DNA of 64,000 nt from Cyanophyceae cyanobacterium (GTDB taxonomy: Bacteria > Cyanobacteriota > Cyanobacteriia > Cyanobacteriales > Laspinemataceae). The notes under the pieces are model-generated. The model was not told where the DNA came from, did not search any database, and was given only the letters and a program-made list of their open reading frames with translations. This document shows, piece by piece, positions 28,927 through 38,844 of this stretch; the first letter of the stretch is position 1; the number at the start of each line of letters is the position of its first letter. The stretch covers positions 32,001 through 96,000 of the forward strand of contig JBBQFN010000019.1 in NCBI GenBank assembly GCA_038321985.1, given 5' to 3'. The translations under genes and the position numbers were made by a program.

Positions 28927-30773
28927 GCATGAGTAATTTATTAGAAAACTTAGAACTGGGTAGTCGAGATTTAGCCATTGTGATTAAGGAGTTGCGGGCG
29001 ACTCTAGGCAAAATGGAATTGGCCCTGGGTTCGATTGATGAGGCGATCGTTTGGACGGGAGAAGATGGAGTAATTCAATGGTGCAATACCACGTTTGATC
29101 GCCTGGTGAATCGCAGTCATCTTTCGGTTCTCGGTTGCCCTCTATGCACCTTAGTTCCCCTGACTAAAGGGGGCACTGTACTCTTAGAAACAGAACATCC
29201 CGTTTATCAGGTTCTCTCGCAAAATTATTCAACCGGAGAATATGAATTTCAACAGGAGAGTCATTTATTAATTCTGGAAATTGCCGGTTCTTTTGTGGAA
29301 CTCAAAAATGGCGATCGCACAGCAGTTTTAACCATCCGAGATGTCACTCAACGCAAAGCAATGGAGGAAGCGTTAATTTCTGCCAATCGAGAAATGTCCA
29401 TCTATTTGCAAGAAGTTGACAAAGTAATACAGGCTGCGATCGCGGTTGAAAATAACAGGTTTCAACCAGACTCGTTACATGAAGTTGCTAATCGACAGGA
29501 TGAGTTAGGACGACTAGCCAATATATTTACTCAAATGGTTCTGCAATTAAAAGCCCGTGAACAAGAACTCGCAGAAGCGAAAGAACAACTAGAGGCGGTT
29601 TTAAATGCGGTTCCTGGCGCGATTTCTTGGATTGATTCCGGTGGGGTATTCGTGGGTGTTAATCGTCATTTAGCTGAAAATTTTAACCTCTCTCAAGAAG
29701 CCTTTGTTGGTCAAGAAGTGGGATTTCTAAAAGAAAATGCTAAGTTAGCTATCTTTTTGAGTGAATTCATTTCTAGTCCTGAAACCTCTGCTTCTGCCAT
29801 CATTGACTATCAGATTCATGAAGAAAAGCGACATTATCTCATTGCCGCCCAAAAATATCAACAAGGGACAGCTACCGTATCGGTGGGAATTGATGTAACT
29901 GATCGCCAACGGGCTGAGGCAGAACGAGAACGGTTTACCCGTGAGCTTTTCCAACTCAATCAAGCCTACGAACGGTTTGTTCCCAATCAATTTCTCCAAT
30001 TTTTAGATAAATCCAGCATTGTCGAGGTGGAATTAGGGGACCAGGTGCAGTTAGAAATGTCAGTCCTCTTCTCCGATATTCGAGAGTTTACGACCCTCAG
30101 TGAAATGATGGCCCCCTCGGATAATTTTAAATTTATTAATGCCTACCTTTCCCGGATGGAACCCGCTATTACTGAACATTCAGGCTTTATTGATAAATAT
30201 ATCGGTGATGCAATTATGGCCCTCTTTAGCGGGGAAGCGGATAATGCTGTGCAAGCCGGAATTTCTATGCTCCATCGCCTGGATGAGTATAATCAAGAAC
30301 GTAGTAAATCGGGATTTTTACCCATTAAAAATGGGATTGGAATTAATACGGGATTATTAATGTTGGGAACCGTAGGTGGACAAAATCGTATGGATAGTAC
30401 AGTGATTAGTAATGCGGTGAATGTCGCTTCCCGAGTGGAAGGATTAACTAAAAATTATGGGGTAGCCCTATTAATTACTGAAGCAACCTATTCCCGATTA
30501 AAGCAGCGGGATAGTTATGCGATTCGGCGCATCGATCGCGTCCAAGTTAAAGGCAAATCTGAAGCGGTGACAGTGTATGAAGTGTTTGATGCGGACTCCC
30601 CAGAAATGAGGGACAGAAAGCTGGCAACCCTAACCCAATTTACAGAAGCATTATCCCTCTACGATCGCCAGAAGTTTCGGGAGTCGGCACGGTTATTTGG
30701 GGAGTGTTTAGATCAAAACCCAGGCGATCGCGTGGCGCAGATTTATTGCGATCGTGCCCAAGCCAACATTTAA
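28923..30773 (+). CDS. class III adenylate cyclase with PAS/HAMP/PAS input domains
   Basis: LFSDIREFT; DKYIGDAIM; GIGINTG; STVISNAVNVASRVE; HAMP-like RQDELGRLA. Start may be GTG28923 or ATG28929. Confidence 0.9.
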   Translation: MSMSNLLENLELGSRDLAIVIKELRATLGKMELALGSIDEAIVWTGEDGVIQWCNTTFDRLVNRSHLSVLGCPLCTLVPLTKGGTVLLETEHPVYQVLSQNYSTGEYEFQQESHLLILEIAGSFVELKNGDRTAVLTIRDVTQRKAMEEALISANREMSIYLQEVDKVIQAAIAVENNRFQPDSLHEVANRQDELGRLANIFTQMVLQLKAREQELAEAKEQLEAVLNAVPGAISWIDSGGVFVGVNRHLAENFNLSQEAFVGQEVGFLKENAKLAIFLSEFISSPETSASAIIDYQIHEEKRHYLIAAQKYQQGTATVSVGIDVTDRQRAEAERERFTRELFQLNQAYERFVPNQFLQFLDKSSIVEVELGDQVQLEMSVLFSDIREFTTLSEMMAPSDNFKFINAYLSRMEPAITEHSGFIDKYIGDAIMALFSGEADNAVQAGISMLHRLDEYNQERSKSGFLPIKNGIGINTGLLMLGTVGGQNRMDSTVISNAVNVASRVEGLTKNYGVALLITEATYSRLKQRDSYAIRRIDRVQVKGKSEAVTVYEVFDADSPEMRDRKLATLTQFTEALSLYDRQKFRESARLFGECLDQNPGDRVAQIYCDRAQANI

Positions 30774-30824
30774 GACAAATCAGGCTGTATTGATTCTCTG
30801 AACCGGGCTGATATTGGCCCTTTC

Positions 30825-30853
30825 GTTACATTTCGTTACAAATTGGTTACAAT
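30825..30853 (+). promoter_or_regulatory. HLR1 element (RpaB-binding direct repeat) plus a third half-site overlapping a TACAAT -10 candidate
   Basis: GTTACATT-tc-GTTACAAA-ttg-GTTACAAT matches (G/T)TTACA(T/A)(T/A)-N2-(G/T)TTACA(T/A)(T/A). Confidence 0.7.
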
Positions 30854-30937
30854 CGAGAGAGCAGATACCTATTTCGGGTCCCGGCGAGAGTGGCACTGCC
30901 CCTTCTCAACAATCCTCTCGATTATTTAGACTGATTT

Positions 30938-32062
30938 ATGTTTTATCCTGACTACAATCCGCCGTTATTTTTAAAAAACGGGCTGGCAATGACCCTGCAT
31001 ACTGCCTTAGTGGCAAGTCGAGAGTGGGAACAGACGATCGCCGACCCCGAACCGCCTTATCAGGAAACCCACTTTTCCGGCGCAGGAGGGGTGCCGATTT
31101 ATGGATGGGTTGCCCAAAACCCTGCCTCGAAAGGAACCCTTGTGGCAACTTACGGCATTACAGGAGAACTTCCCGAACAATGGTTTCTCCGACTCCTGGG
31201 ACGTAAAGCCTTTGCCCGCGGCTATTCTGTGGTCCTCTTTGACTGGCGTGCTCATGGCAAAACTGCTGAATTATCTTCCACCTTGACTTCCGATGGATTG
31301 TATGAGGGGGAAGATTTTGTGAGAATTGCTGCCAAAGCGAAATCTATGGGATGTTCAGGACCTTTTTGGTTTACGGGTTATTCCTTAGGAGGACAACTGG
31401 CCCTGTGGGGGATAAAAGCAGCCCAGTCGATCACCGAGTGGGGCGGGGATTTAGAGTTAGACCCCTCGGAACTCGCAGGGGGGGCGGTGATTTGTCCAAA
31501 CCTGGATTCTAATCGGTCCCTGTCCTATTTAGTGAAACAGCCCTTTGGGAAGTATCTGGAAAAGGCGATCGCCAAGGGATTGAAGAAACTGGCATGGAAG
31601 CTACATCAGATGCATCCGAACGATATCGATCCCGAGGCGATCGCCCGCGCCAATAGCATTTGGGGATTTGATCATGAATTGGTGATTTCCCGCCTCGGGT
31701 TTGCTTCCGTAGAGGAGTATTACGCCGCCAGTAGTCCTCTGGTAATCCTGCCGGAGTTTACCAAACCCACCTTGATTTTATATGCGGCAGATGACCCCAT
31801 GTTCCACCCGGCGATCGTACCCGAGTTACAGGAAATTGGCGACAGCAATCCGGCGATCGAGTTAATGATGACTCGTTATGGGGGTCATGTGGGCTATGTC
31901 AGTAATTTAGCTACCCAGAAAAAAGCCGGAGATAGCGATCGGTGGTGGGGGTGGAATCGCGTCTTAGACTGGTGCGATCGCCAAGGGGAGGCACTCTCTC
32001 CCTCTATCACGCCTCAGCGATCGACCCTTGACTCGAACTTGTTAGGGGTTTCCCATCCCTAG
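30938..32062 (+). CDS. YheT-family alpha/beta hydrolase
   Basis: GYSLGG nucleophile elbow; AADDP; GGHVGY. Confidence 0.85.
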   Translation: MFYPDYNPPLFLKNGLAMTLHTALVASREWEQTIADPEPPYQETHFSGAGGVPIYGWVAQNPASKGTLVATYGITGELPEQWFLRLLGRKAFARGYSVVLFDWRAHGKTAELSSTLTSDGLYEGEDFVRIAAKAKSMGCSGPFWFTGYSLGGQLALWGIKAAQSITEWGGDLELDPSELAGGAVICPNLDSNRSLSYLVKQPFGKYLEKAIAKGLKKLAWKLHQMHPNDIDPEAIARANSIWGFDHELVISRLGFASVEEYYAASSPLVILPEFTKPTLILYAADDPMFHPAIVPELQEIGDSNPAIELMMTRYGGHVGYVSNLATQKKAGDSDRWWGWNRVLDWCDRQGEALSPSITPQRSTLDSNLLGVSHP

Positions 32063-32514
32063 TTTGAATTGCCGCAAATGCGATCTAGAGCCCGTTTGCC
32101 TCCCCATCGTTCCACCAATTGGTCATCGTACTCGTCGGAGACTTCCAGAACCGCATTCACCGAGGATTCCAATTCTTTTTTATCGCAAGTGGATCCCACA
32201 ATACTATGCTCAAACAGAATATCACCCTTCGAGTCGATACCAAAAGCCCCGAAAATCATGTTGCTATTTTGTTCGAGGAGAAAGCGCATTAGATCCGCAC
32301 TCAGTTCTGCCTCCGTCACGACATAAGCCCGAGTATTGATCACGGCATCCTCTTCTCCCCACGGTAAAATCAGGACTTCCACCAGGGCGGAACCCATAAA
32401 CAGCCCCAATCCGGGGATATCTTGACGAGCACAGGGAAATTTGCCAAATAATTCCTGCATCCAGATGGCGACTTTGTGATAACAGGCTTCTTGTGCTGAG
32501 GTTTGAAATTGCAT
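32059..32514 (-). CDS. YbjN/T3SS-chaperone-like protein
   Basis: GSALVEV.I.PW...DLMRFLLEQN...FGAFGID..GDI.F.H...DEYDD.LV..WGG.RA. Confidence 0.75.
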   Translation of the reverse strand: MQFQTSAQEACYHKVAIWMQELFGKFPCARQDIPGLGLFMGSALVEVLILPWGEEDAVINTRAYVVTEAELSADLMRFLLEQNSNMIFGAFGIDSKGDILFEHSIVGSTCDKKELESSVNAVLEVSDEYDDQLVERWGGKRALDRICGNSN

Positions 32515-32808
32515 TTGGATTCTCCTTGTTGTTATTAGAGTCGCTGTTTAGTCCTTTGTATTATCTTCCCAGGTTGAGTGACTCAGTTTTAAGGATGAAG
32601 CAACCTTTAAGGGTGGGACAAGTGATGTATCGAGGTTAAAAACTCCGCTGCGATCGAAATCACCACAGTTGAGTAAACTATTTCACCTCTTCTGTAAGAT
32701 GGCGATCGCACAGGAGCCGTCAAAATCCGCTGATAATACAACAAGGCAACCCGGGAATGACCTAATCCCTTATCTAAATTCAAGGCTTAAATCGAGGTTT
32801 TTTTAACG

Positions 32809-33069
32809 ATGAGTACATTTGCTCCCACCCACAAACTAATTGCCCCTGCCGGAGAAGAAACCCCCGTAATGCTTTTTTCCCAAGGTGAAAGCCACAAATA
32901 TCAGGTGATGAGCAAAACTGAATTTCTCGAAGGAAGCGAAGCAATCTATGAGTGGCACCCCTGCCAGGGTGTGACTTACCGAGGATTTTTACTCAATGGT
33001 TTAAAAATTATTCCCTTAGAGCTCAGCCACGGGTGGCACTATTCCCCCGCTAACTCCGCAGCGAACTAG
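32809..33069 (+). CDS. hypothetical protein
   Basis: 86-aa ORF filling an intergenic gap with GAGG upstream; no recognised motif. Confidence 0.55.
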   Translation: MSTFAPTHKLIAPAGEETPVMLFSQGESHKYQVMSKTEFLEGSEAIYEWHPCQGVTYRGFLLNGLKIIPLELSHGWHYSPANSAAN

Positions 33070-33208
33070 AGGGTATGGGTTTTGACGGTGGGAAGAGGTG
33101 GAAAAAATAAGGCGATCGCACTTCAAACTTCGCCTTCCCCATGTTCAGCTTCCCAATTTAGACAGGGAACTTAACCTGAAATAAATTTCAACTAAAACCC
33201 CCAGAAAA

Positions 33209-33262
33209 TAGCCCGCATTTAAGCGGGCTAGGTTCCTATAACAGCAGCTTTAAACCTGCTGT
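33209..33262. repeat. paired hairpins (REP-like/bidirectional terminator) between convergent genes
   Basis: TAGCCCGC-ATTTAA-GCGGGCTA and ACAGCAG...CTGCTGT; the first stem matches the AGCCCGC/GCGGGCT stem at 19845. Confidence 0.55.
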
Positions 33263-33277
33263 AATCCCATTTAGAGC

Positions 33278-34084
33278 TTACCCATAAGATTCTTCCGGTT
33301 CCATCCCCGTTGGCTTCAAAACCGGCTGCTTAGAAATGGATAACATTTGTAAAAAGGTAAAGGTCAAATACATGGGATTCAGTAACAAATATCGCTTCCA
33401 TAATCGTCCCGGTTCTTGAATCAATCGATAGAACCATTCCAGCCCCCGCTTTTGCATCCAAGGCGGTGCCTGAGATACTGTACCCGCATGAAAATCAAAC
33501 GCTGCACCGACTGCCATTAAGGGCATCGGTAAATGATTTCGATATTCATAAACCCAGACTTCTTGCCGAGGACAACCCAACCCAACAAAGGTAATGGTTG
33601 CGCCACTGTCTTTAATCCGAGTCACCACTTCTTCTTTTTCGTCAGAAGTTAACCGGCGAAATTTAGAGGGTTCTGCACCAACGACTTTCAACCCTGGAAA
33701 CTTAACTTGTAGCTTTTCTAATAAAAGGTCCAAGGTTTCCTGTTTACTACCATAAAAATAGACGGGCAATCCTTCGATCGCAGCGGCTTCTAATACTTTT
33801 AAAGTCAACGTCGGACCATAGACGCGATCGGGCAGTTTAATCCCGTGAATCCAATTGAGTGCCCAGCGAACCGGCTGCCCATCCGGTGTAACCAAATCAA
33901 ATGTGTTTAAGCGGCGACGATGAACTGGATCAGAAAAGCCCGTCATCACCCCATGAACCGCTAAAGCTGTCATTGCTAGAGGCGATCTCGCCTTGGCGGC
34001 ATTAATAATGGCTTCCACACCATATTCATAATCAATTGCCGATATTTCTACCCCAAGTATGGGGTATTTTCCATGATTAATCAC
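33278..34084 (-). CDS. WecB/TagA/CpsF family glycosyltransferase (GT26)
   Basis: TPDGQPV; RVYGP; VGLGCPRQE; VGAAFDF; AP.WMQ..GLEW.YRL.QEP.RLWKRY. Confidence 0.92.
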   Translation of the reverse strand: MINHGKYPILGVEISAIDYEYGVEAIINAAKARSPLAMTALAVHGVMTGFSDPVHRRRLNTFDLVTPDGQPVRWALNWIHGIKLPDRVYGPTLTLKVLEAAAIEGLPVYFYGSKQETLDLLLEKLQVKFPGLKVVGAEPSKFRRLTSDEKEEVVTRIKDSGATITFVGLGCPRQEVWVYEYRNHLPMPLMAVGAAFDFHAGTVSQAPPWMQKRGLEWFYRLIQEPGRLWKRYLLLNPMYLTFTFLQMLSISKQPVLKPTGMEPEESYG

Positions 34085-34223
34085 CCTAATAACCTCTATT
34101 AAAAAATGGGTAAGTTTTATTTAATAGCAATTAGCTTTTTTGCTAATTGCTAAGTTTTTCAGGAGAACACCCTGGGAATAATAGGTCAATTTTCAAGAAG
34201 TCAAGGCCGAGAATCAGGGAAGC

Positions 34224-35294
34224 TCAATTCCCCCACCGAGACTTATTAAAGTCGTAAATTTCTTGAAAAATATCTCTGACACTAGGATAGCTTAATTTCC
34301 ATTCCGGATAGTGGGATTTAAACTTACTTAAATCACTGATATACCAGATATGATCCCCCATGCGATTAGTCTCGGTGTAGCTGGTTTCCATCTTTTTCCC
34401 GGTAATCTCCTCACACATTTGGATCCCTTCCCGGACCGAAGTATTACTCTCGCGACCCCCACCTAGGTTATAGACTTCGGCAATCCCAGGTTTTTTGAAA
34501 AAGGTATCCATCGCCAGAATCACATCAATGCAGTGGATCACGTCCCGAACCTGCTTGCCTTTGTAACCAATTACGGTATAAGGTGTTTCCGTCATGGCGC
34601 ATCTCATCAAATAGGAAGGGAACCCATGCAATTGAGCACCGGAATGTTGGGGCCCACTGAGGACTCCACCCCGAAACACCGCACTTTTGATGTTAAAGTA
34701 GCGCCCATACTCTTGCACCAAGAGGTCCCCAGCAGCTTTTGAGGCCCCAAACAGAGAATGCATACTTTGGTCAATACTCATATCTTCCGGGATCCCGTTT
34801 TGGTAGGGGTGAGAGGGGTCCAGTTCCCATCGAGTTTCTTGTTCAACTAAGGGTAAAGTATTGGGGCGATCGCCATACACCTTGTTCGTGGAACAATGGG
34901 AAAACACTGCCTCGGGACAAAACTGCCGCGTTGCCTCTAGCAAAACTAAGGTTCCATTGGCATTAATCGAGAAATCCGTAAAGGGTTCCTTTGCAGCCCA
35001 ATCATGGGAGGGTTGCGCCGCTGTATGGACAATTAAAACGATATCGGATTTGTACTTGGAGAAAATTGCATTAATTGCTTCGGGATTGCGGATATCAACT
35101 TCGTTATGTTCATACTTATCCCCGAGTTCTTTGCTGATTCGTTCCCGGTTCCAACTTGTCGAGGCTTCCTGTCCAAAGAAATATTGACGCATATCATTGT
35201 CAATCCCGACTACTTTGTAACCGGCTTTTCCATAGAACAGGGCGGCCTCGGAACCAATCAATCCGCCAGATCCTGTTACGATAACTACAGACAT
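34224..35294 (-). CDS. NAD-dependent nucleotide-sugar epimerase (CDP-paratose 2-epimerase-like)
   Basis: [36 protein letters not shown]. The active-site motif reads FGASK. Confidence 0.85.
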   Translation of the reverse strand: MSVVIVTGSGGLIGSEAALFYGKAGYKVVGIDNDMRQYFFGQEASTSWNRERISKELGDKYEHNEVDIRNPEAINAIFSKYKSDIVLIVHTAAQPSHDWAAKEPFTDFSINANGTLVLLEATRQFCPEAVFSHCSTNKVYGDRPNTLPLVEQETRWELDPSHPYQNGIPEDMSIDQSMHSLFGASKAAGDLLVQEYGRYFNIKSAVFRGGVLSGPQHSGAQLHGFPSYLMRCAMTETPYTVIGYKGKQVRDVIHCIDVILAMDTFFKKPGIAEVYNLGGGRESNTSVREGIQMCEEITGKKMETSYTETNRMGDHIWYISDLSKFKSHYPEWKLSYPSVRDIFQEIYDFNKSRWGN

Positions 35295-35461
35295 TCCTTA
35301 TCTCCTGCTATGTTGGGTTTTTAGGCGATCGGCCAGTGGTATTGCTGGCGTTTATTCCCCCTCTAGATTATAGGCAGGTGCGGGGTACTCGTCACCCGGT
35401 TACCGAACGATTGTTCTACCCGATTTATTCCAGTGGCAATGGGTAATTTCGGAGTCTATGC

Positions 35462-36673
35462 TTAATTGCCACTTGAACGGTGCAAAACCTGAGTATAGAC
35501 AGACTTCGTTTTTTCGGCTAATTTTTCCCAAGTGTAATGTTCCAAAACTTTCTGATATCCCGCTTCCCCCAGTTGAATACACAGGGATGGATTGTTAAGG
35601 AGTTCTATAATTTTATCAGCAATTTGGCCCGGATTTTGTTCGACTAAAAATCCAGTGATTCCCTCATCGATAACATCCCGAATGGCCGGAATATTTCCCC
35701 CAATTGCCGGCTTCTTCATCATCCAGGCTTCCGTATAAACCCCCCCAAAACTTTCTTGCATCGAAGGGACACAAAGTAAATCACAAGCTGCCAAGGCATC
35801 GGTTTTTTCTTCTAAACTGACTTTGCCTAGTTCTAAAATACGGCGATCGCTTACTTCGGCAAAGAATTTTTCGGAAAATTTAGTGCGGGGACCAATCGCA
35901 ACAAAGCGAGTTTCTGGAAACTTTGACCAAACTATTTCCGCCGACTTGATAAAGGCTTTAATCCCTTTATATTCGTACTTTTGACCCAGGAATAAGACGA
36001 TTGGACTAGAACCCAGGGAGTATTTAGTTCGGAAGCGATCGCCATCGCCATCGGCTGCTAATAAAGGTCCGATTCCCGTCACAAATATATTCTCTTCCTT
36101 AACGCCGAGTTCGATTAACGTTTGCTTTTCGACCTGGGTTAAAGCAATCACTGCATCGGCTTGGCGGTAAAGATGAATATACTCTCGATACAGCCATCCC
36201 ACCCAGCGAGGATGATGCAACGGAACGAATACAAAGGGAATATTTAGTTTTTGTGCCAGTTGCCAGGAGGCATAACTTAGGCCCTCTCTCCCCATCCTGA
36301 CATTGTGGATAATTGCAGGGTTCTCGCTATACTCTTCAATCTTAGGCAATAAAACCTTAGAAATTTTGGCGATCGCCGTCTTCTTAATCCCATAATATCC
36401 AGCTACATAAGGAATCAACGACTTTCGTTCAGCCTGGGTTAATGTAATTTGCTTAACATCCACCCCATCAATTTCATATCCCTTAACTTGGGCGGGCGCT
36501 TTTAAAGTTGTCCCCCATAACCAATCGGTGCGATTTTCTGTCCAGTGCGTAATGACGCGAACCTGATTGGTTTGAGCAAGGGTAGAGACAATTTTATGGG
36601 TATGAAGTTGAGCGCCCCCGATTGCGGGAGGATAGGCGGTAATCGTGTACAGGAGTTTTAAAGAATAAGACAT
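35462..36673 (-). CDS. GT4 glycosyltransferase
   Basis: YPPAIGGA; PSMQESFGGVYTEAW; GT-B C-terminal pattern. Confidence 0.88.
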   Translation of the reverse strand: MSYSLKLLYTITAYPPAIGGAQLHTHKIVSTLAQTNQVRVITHWTENRTDWLWGTTLKAPAQVKGYEIDGVDVKQITLTQAERKSLIPYVAGYYGIKKTAIAKISKVLLPKIEEYSENPAIIHNVRMGREGLSYASWQLAQKLNIPFVFVPLHHPRWVGWLYREYIHLYRQADAVIALTQVEKQTLIELGVKEENIFVTGIGPLLAADGDGDRFRTKYSLGSSPIVLFLGQKYEYKGIKAFIKSAEIVWSKFPETRFVAIGPRTKFSEKFFAEVSDRRILELGKVSLEEKTDALAACDLLCVPSMQESFGGVYTEAWMMKKPAIGGNIPAIRDVIDEGITGFLVEQNPGQIADKIIELLNNPSLCIQLGEAGYQKVLEHYTWEKLAEKTKSVYTQVLHRSSGN

Positions 36674-36704
36674 TACCCTGATTTAATTTAAAAATCGGGT
36701 CCTC

Positions 36705-36799
36705 TATAGCGTTCCCCCTCTACATGATTCCCGAAAATTTTACAAGATTACCCAGACTTAATGAAAAATTTCCATCAAAACTGAATGGAGAACAGCTAT
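36705..36799. repeat. degenerate TATAGC-terminated miniature inverted-repeat element
   Basis: TATAGCGTTC...GAACAGCTAT imperfect terminal inverted repeats. Confidence 0.4.
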
Positions 36800-36915
36800 C
36801 CGTGATATTATTTGCGAAGTTTCATTGTATTTGCAACTTTTTCTCCAAGGATTATGTAAAGTAACGGATGGTAGCCGGCTTGACGGTCATGAAAATCGCC
36901 TAAAATATCCACTCA

Positions 36916-38079
36916 TTAAGAACGAGCCAACTGATAAATTTTTAAAAGTTGTTGATAGTTAACGTCTGCCGTGTATTTAGATTCAAACTCTCCCCTAGCT
37001 TGTTGACGCATATTTTTGAGTTCTTCTGGGTGGGCGATCGCCCACTCCACCTGAGCGATTAAGTCATCTGTATCTCCTGGACGGAAATGCAGACCCGTGC
37101 GACTCGGGATTACCAAAGCCGTCATACTCCCGAGGTTACCCGCTATTACAGGTAGACCCACCGCATAAGCCTCCACAAGGACCAGAGGGAAACCTTCGTA
37201 CCAGCCCGAAGGAAACATCAACATTTTCGCCTCTTTCATTAAATCAAGGACGCGATTTTTTGGCTGTCTTCCTAACCACTCTACCCCTGGAATCTTTACG
37301 GAGGAATGTTTGACCATATCAGTTAATGGCCCCTCGCCGACAATTTTCAGAGGGATTGATTGTCCAAGTTTTTCCCAAGCTTTCAAGAGAATATCGAGAC
37401 CCTTTTCCGGCGATAGTCTTCCTACAAAAAGTGCGTACTCACCCCTCCCCAGCCCAATCCCCGGGTCAGGGGAGAGAAAATTAGGCTTGAGAGAAATTTT
37501 CTCTGGGGGCAAGCCCCCTTCTATAAACTTATTCCGGGCAAAGTCAGTTAAGACAATGTAGCGATTGACGCGATCGCGCCAAGTCCCTCGGATCCGGTGT
37601 AGCGTCTGCATTGTACCAACCACCGCCGAACCAACCCGACTGTCCCGGTAACAAGCATGAACTACTCCCGGCGTAGGGAAGAATTTTCCCATACAGTCCT
37701 CGCATACTTTTCCATCCCGATAAAAGAAGGAATTAGCGCAAAAAAGGCGGTAGTTGTGCAAAGTCTGCACCACAGGTACTCCTGTCTTCTCACAGGCATC
37801 ATAAACGGATGGGGATAGCAAGGGAAAAAAATTATGAACATGGACGATATCCGGACGGAAGGTATTAATTTCCTGCAAAACCCGTTGTTTCGAGGCAGGG
37901 GAGTAGATAGCGTTGATTGCTGTTAGTGCTTGACTGAATTTTGAAGCGATCGCATCATTGTCAACTTCCAGTAGCGCCACTGAGTTGCCATGAGCTTCAA
38001 GCAAGTTTTTCTCGGCGCGGACTACCACATCCTCTCCGCCCGCAATTTTGTAAAGGTTATGGAGTTGTAGAATTCTCAT
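36916..38079 (-). CDS. GT4 glycosyltransferase
   Basis: HN.Y...GGED; HVHNFFP; TLHNYRL.C; VGRLSPEKG; PSGWYEGFPLVLVEA. Confidence 0.9.
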   Translation of the reverse strand: MRILQLHNLYKIAGGEDVVVRAEKNLLEAHGNSVALLEVDNDAIASKFSQALTAINAIYSPASKQRVLQEINTFRPDIVHVHNFFPLLSPSVYDACEKTGVPVVQTLHNYRLFCANSFFYRDGKVCEDCMGKFFPTPGVVHACYRDSRVGSAVVGTMQTLHRIRGTWRDRVNRYIVLTDFARNKFIEGGLPPEKISLKPNFLSPDPGIGLGRGEYALFVGRLSPEKGLDILLKAWEKLGQSIPLKIVGEGPLTDMVKHSSVKIPGVEWLGRQPKNRVLDLMKEAKMLMFPSGWYEGFPLVLVEAYAVGLPVIAGNLGSMTALVIPSRTGLHFRPGDTDDLIAQVEWAIAHPEELKNMRQQARGEFESKYTADVNYQQLLKIYQLARS

Positions 38080-38443
38080 TGGATAAACCTGTGCATGGAT
38101 AAAGGTAACAAATTCATCTCAATTTTAGCTGAACCAACACATTGCTTTTTATAAGGCGATCGCCCAGTAGCTCTCCGGTTTCCCGTCCGTGATGAGAGTT
38201 CTATCATTGCCCCACTCCTGAGTCTTCCTTTGGCGATCGCCCAGAACGCTTTCACTCCCCTGAATGACCAGAACTCTTTTCGTTCCTCCCTATCCGAAGG
38301 AGGGCCTCAGCAACCGATAATACACTTACTCCGGCACATTTTTTCGTTCTTTGCCGCAAATTATGTAGTTTTCGTGAATTTTTTTCACCAATCCCCACTT
38401 CTCAAAAAGAAGTGATAAAATCACGGCACCCCCCTAAAATAAG

Positions 38444-38633
38444 CTATAGCGTTTTCTAGTCCGGTAAGGTACCGATACGATGGTTAGGATATGTATGAAC
38501 TTTGGAGTGCGAGCATCTTGCTCGCTATTGTTTCAAGGGAGCAAGATGTTTGTGCACCACGCACACGCTCCGCCGCAGGCTTTACGCACTCCAAAGGAAA
38601 AAATGTACCTCATACCTGTGAATAAAGCTATAG
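38444..38633. mobile_element. MITE-like element with nested palindromes
   Basis: Ends CTATAGC...AGGTAC / GTACCT...GCTATAG; inner stems TTTGGAGTGCG/CGCACTCCAAA and CATCTTGCTC/GAGCAAGATG. Confidence 0.65.
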
Positions 38634-38844
38634 ACCTCTCTTCTTACTTTTATGAAAAACTTCCAGAATCAACCCCTCCTGCATCTCGTTAAATACGCTC
38701 ATCCAATAATTTTGTCCTAGGATTTTTACCGTGGAGTAAATTTCACATCCCCTCCGCTTTTCTCCTTCTCTACTGATAATTTGGGTTGGTGTCGGCTTTT
38801 CATAGACGCCGTTTATGTTCGGTAAGTTTTCATGGACGCAGCTT

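Larger units (their letters stand above)
842..38240. repeat. dispersed HIP1 octamer GCGATCGC
   Basis: Roughly 60 copies counted by eye in the first 38 kb (e.g. 842, 5452, 8711, 18484, 31565). Confidence 0.95.

Noticed and set aside
38230..38692. ORFs of 61 and 70 aa upstream of the MBOAT
   Set aside because: No motifs; the second lies across a MITE-like element.
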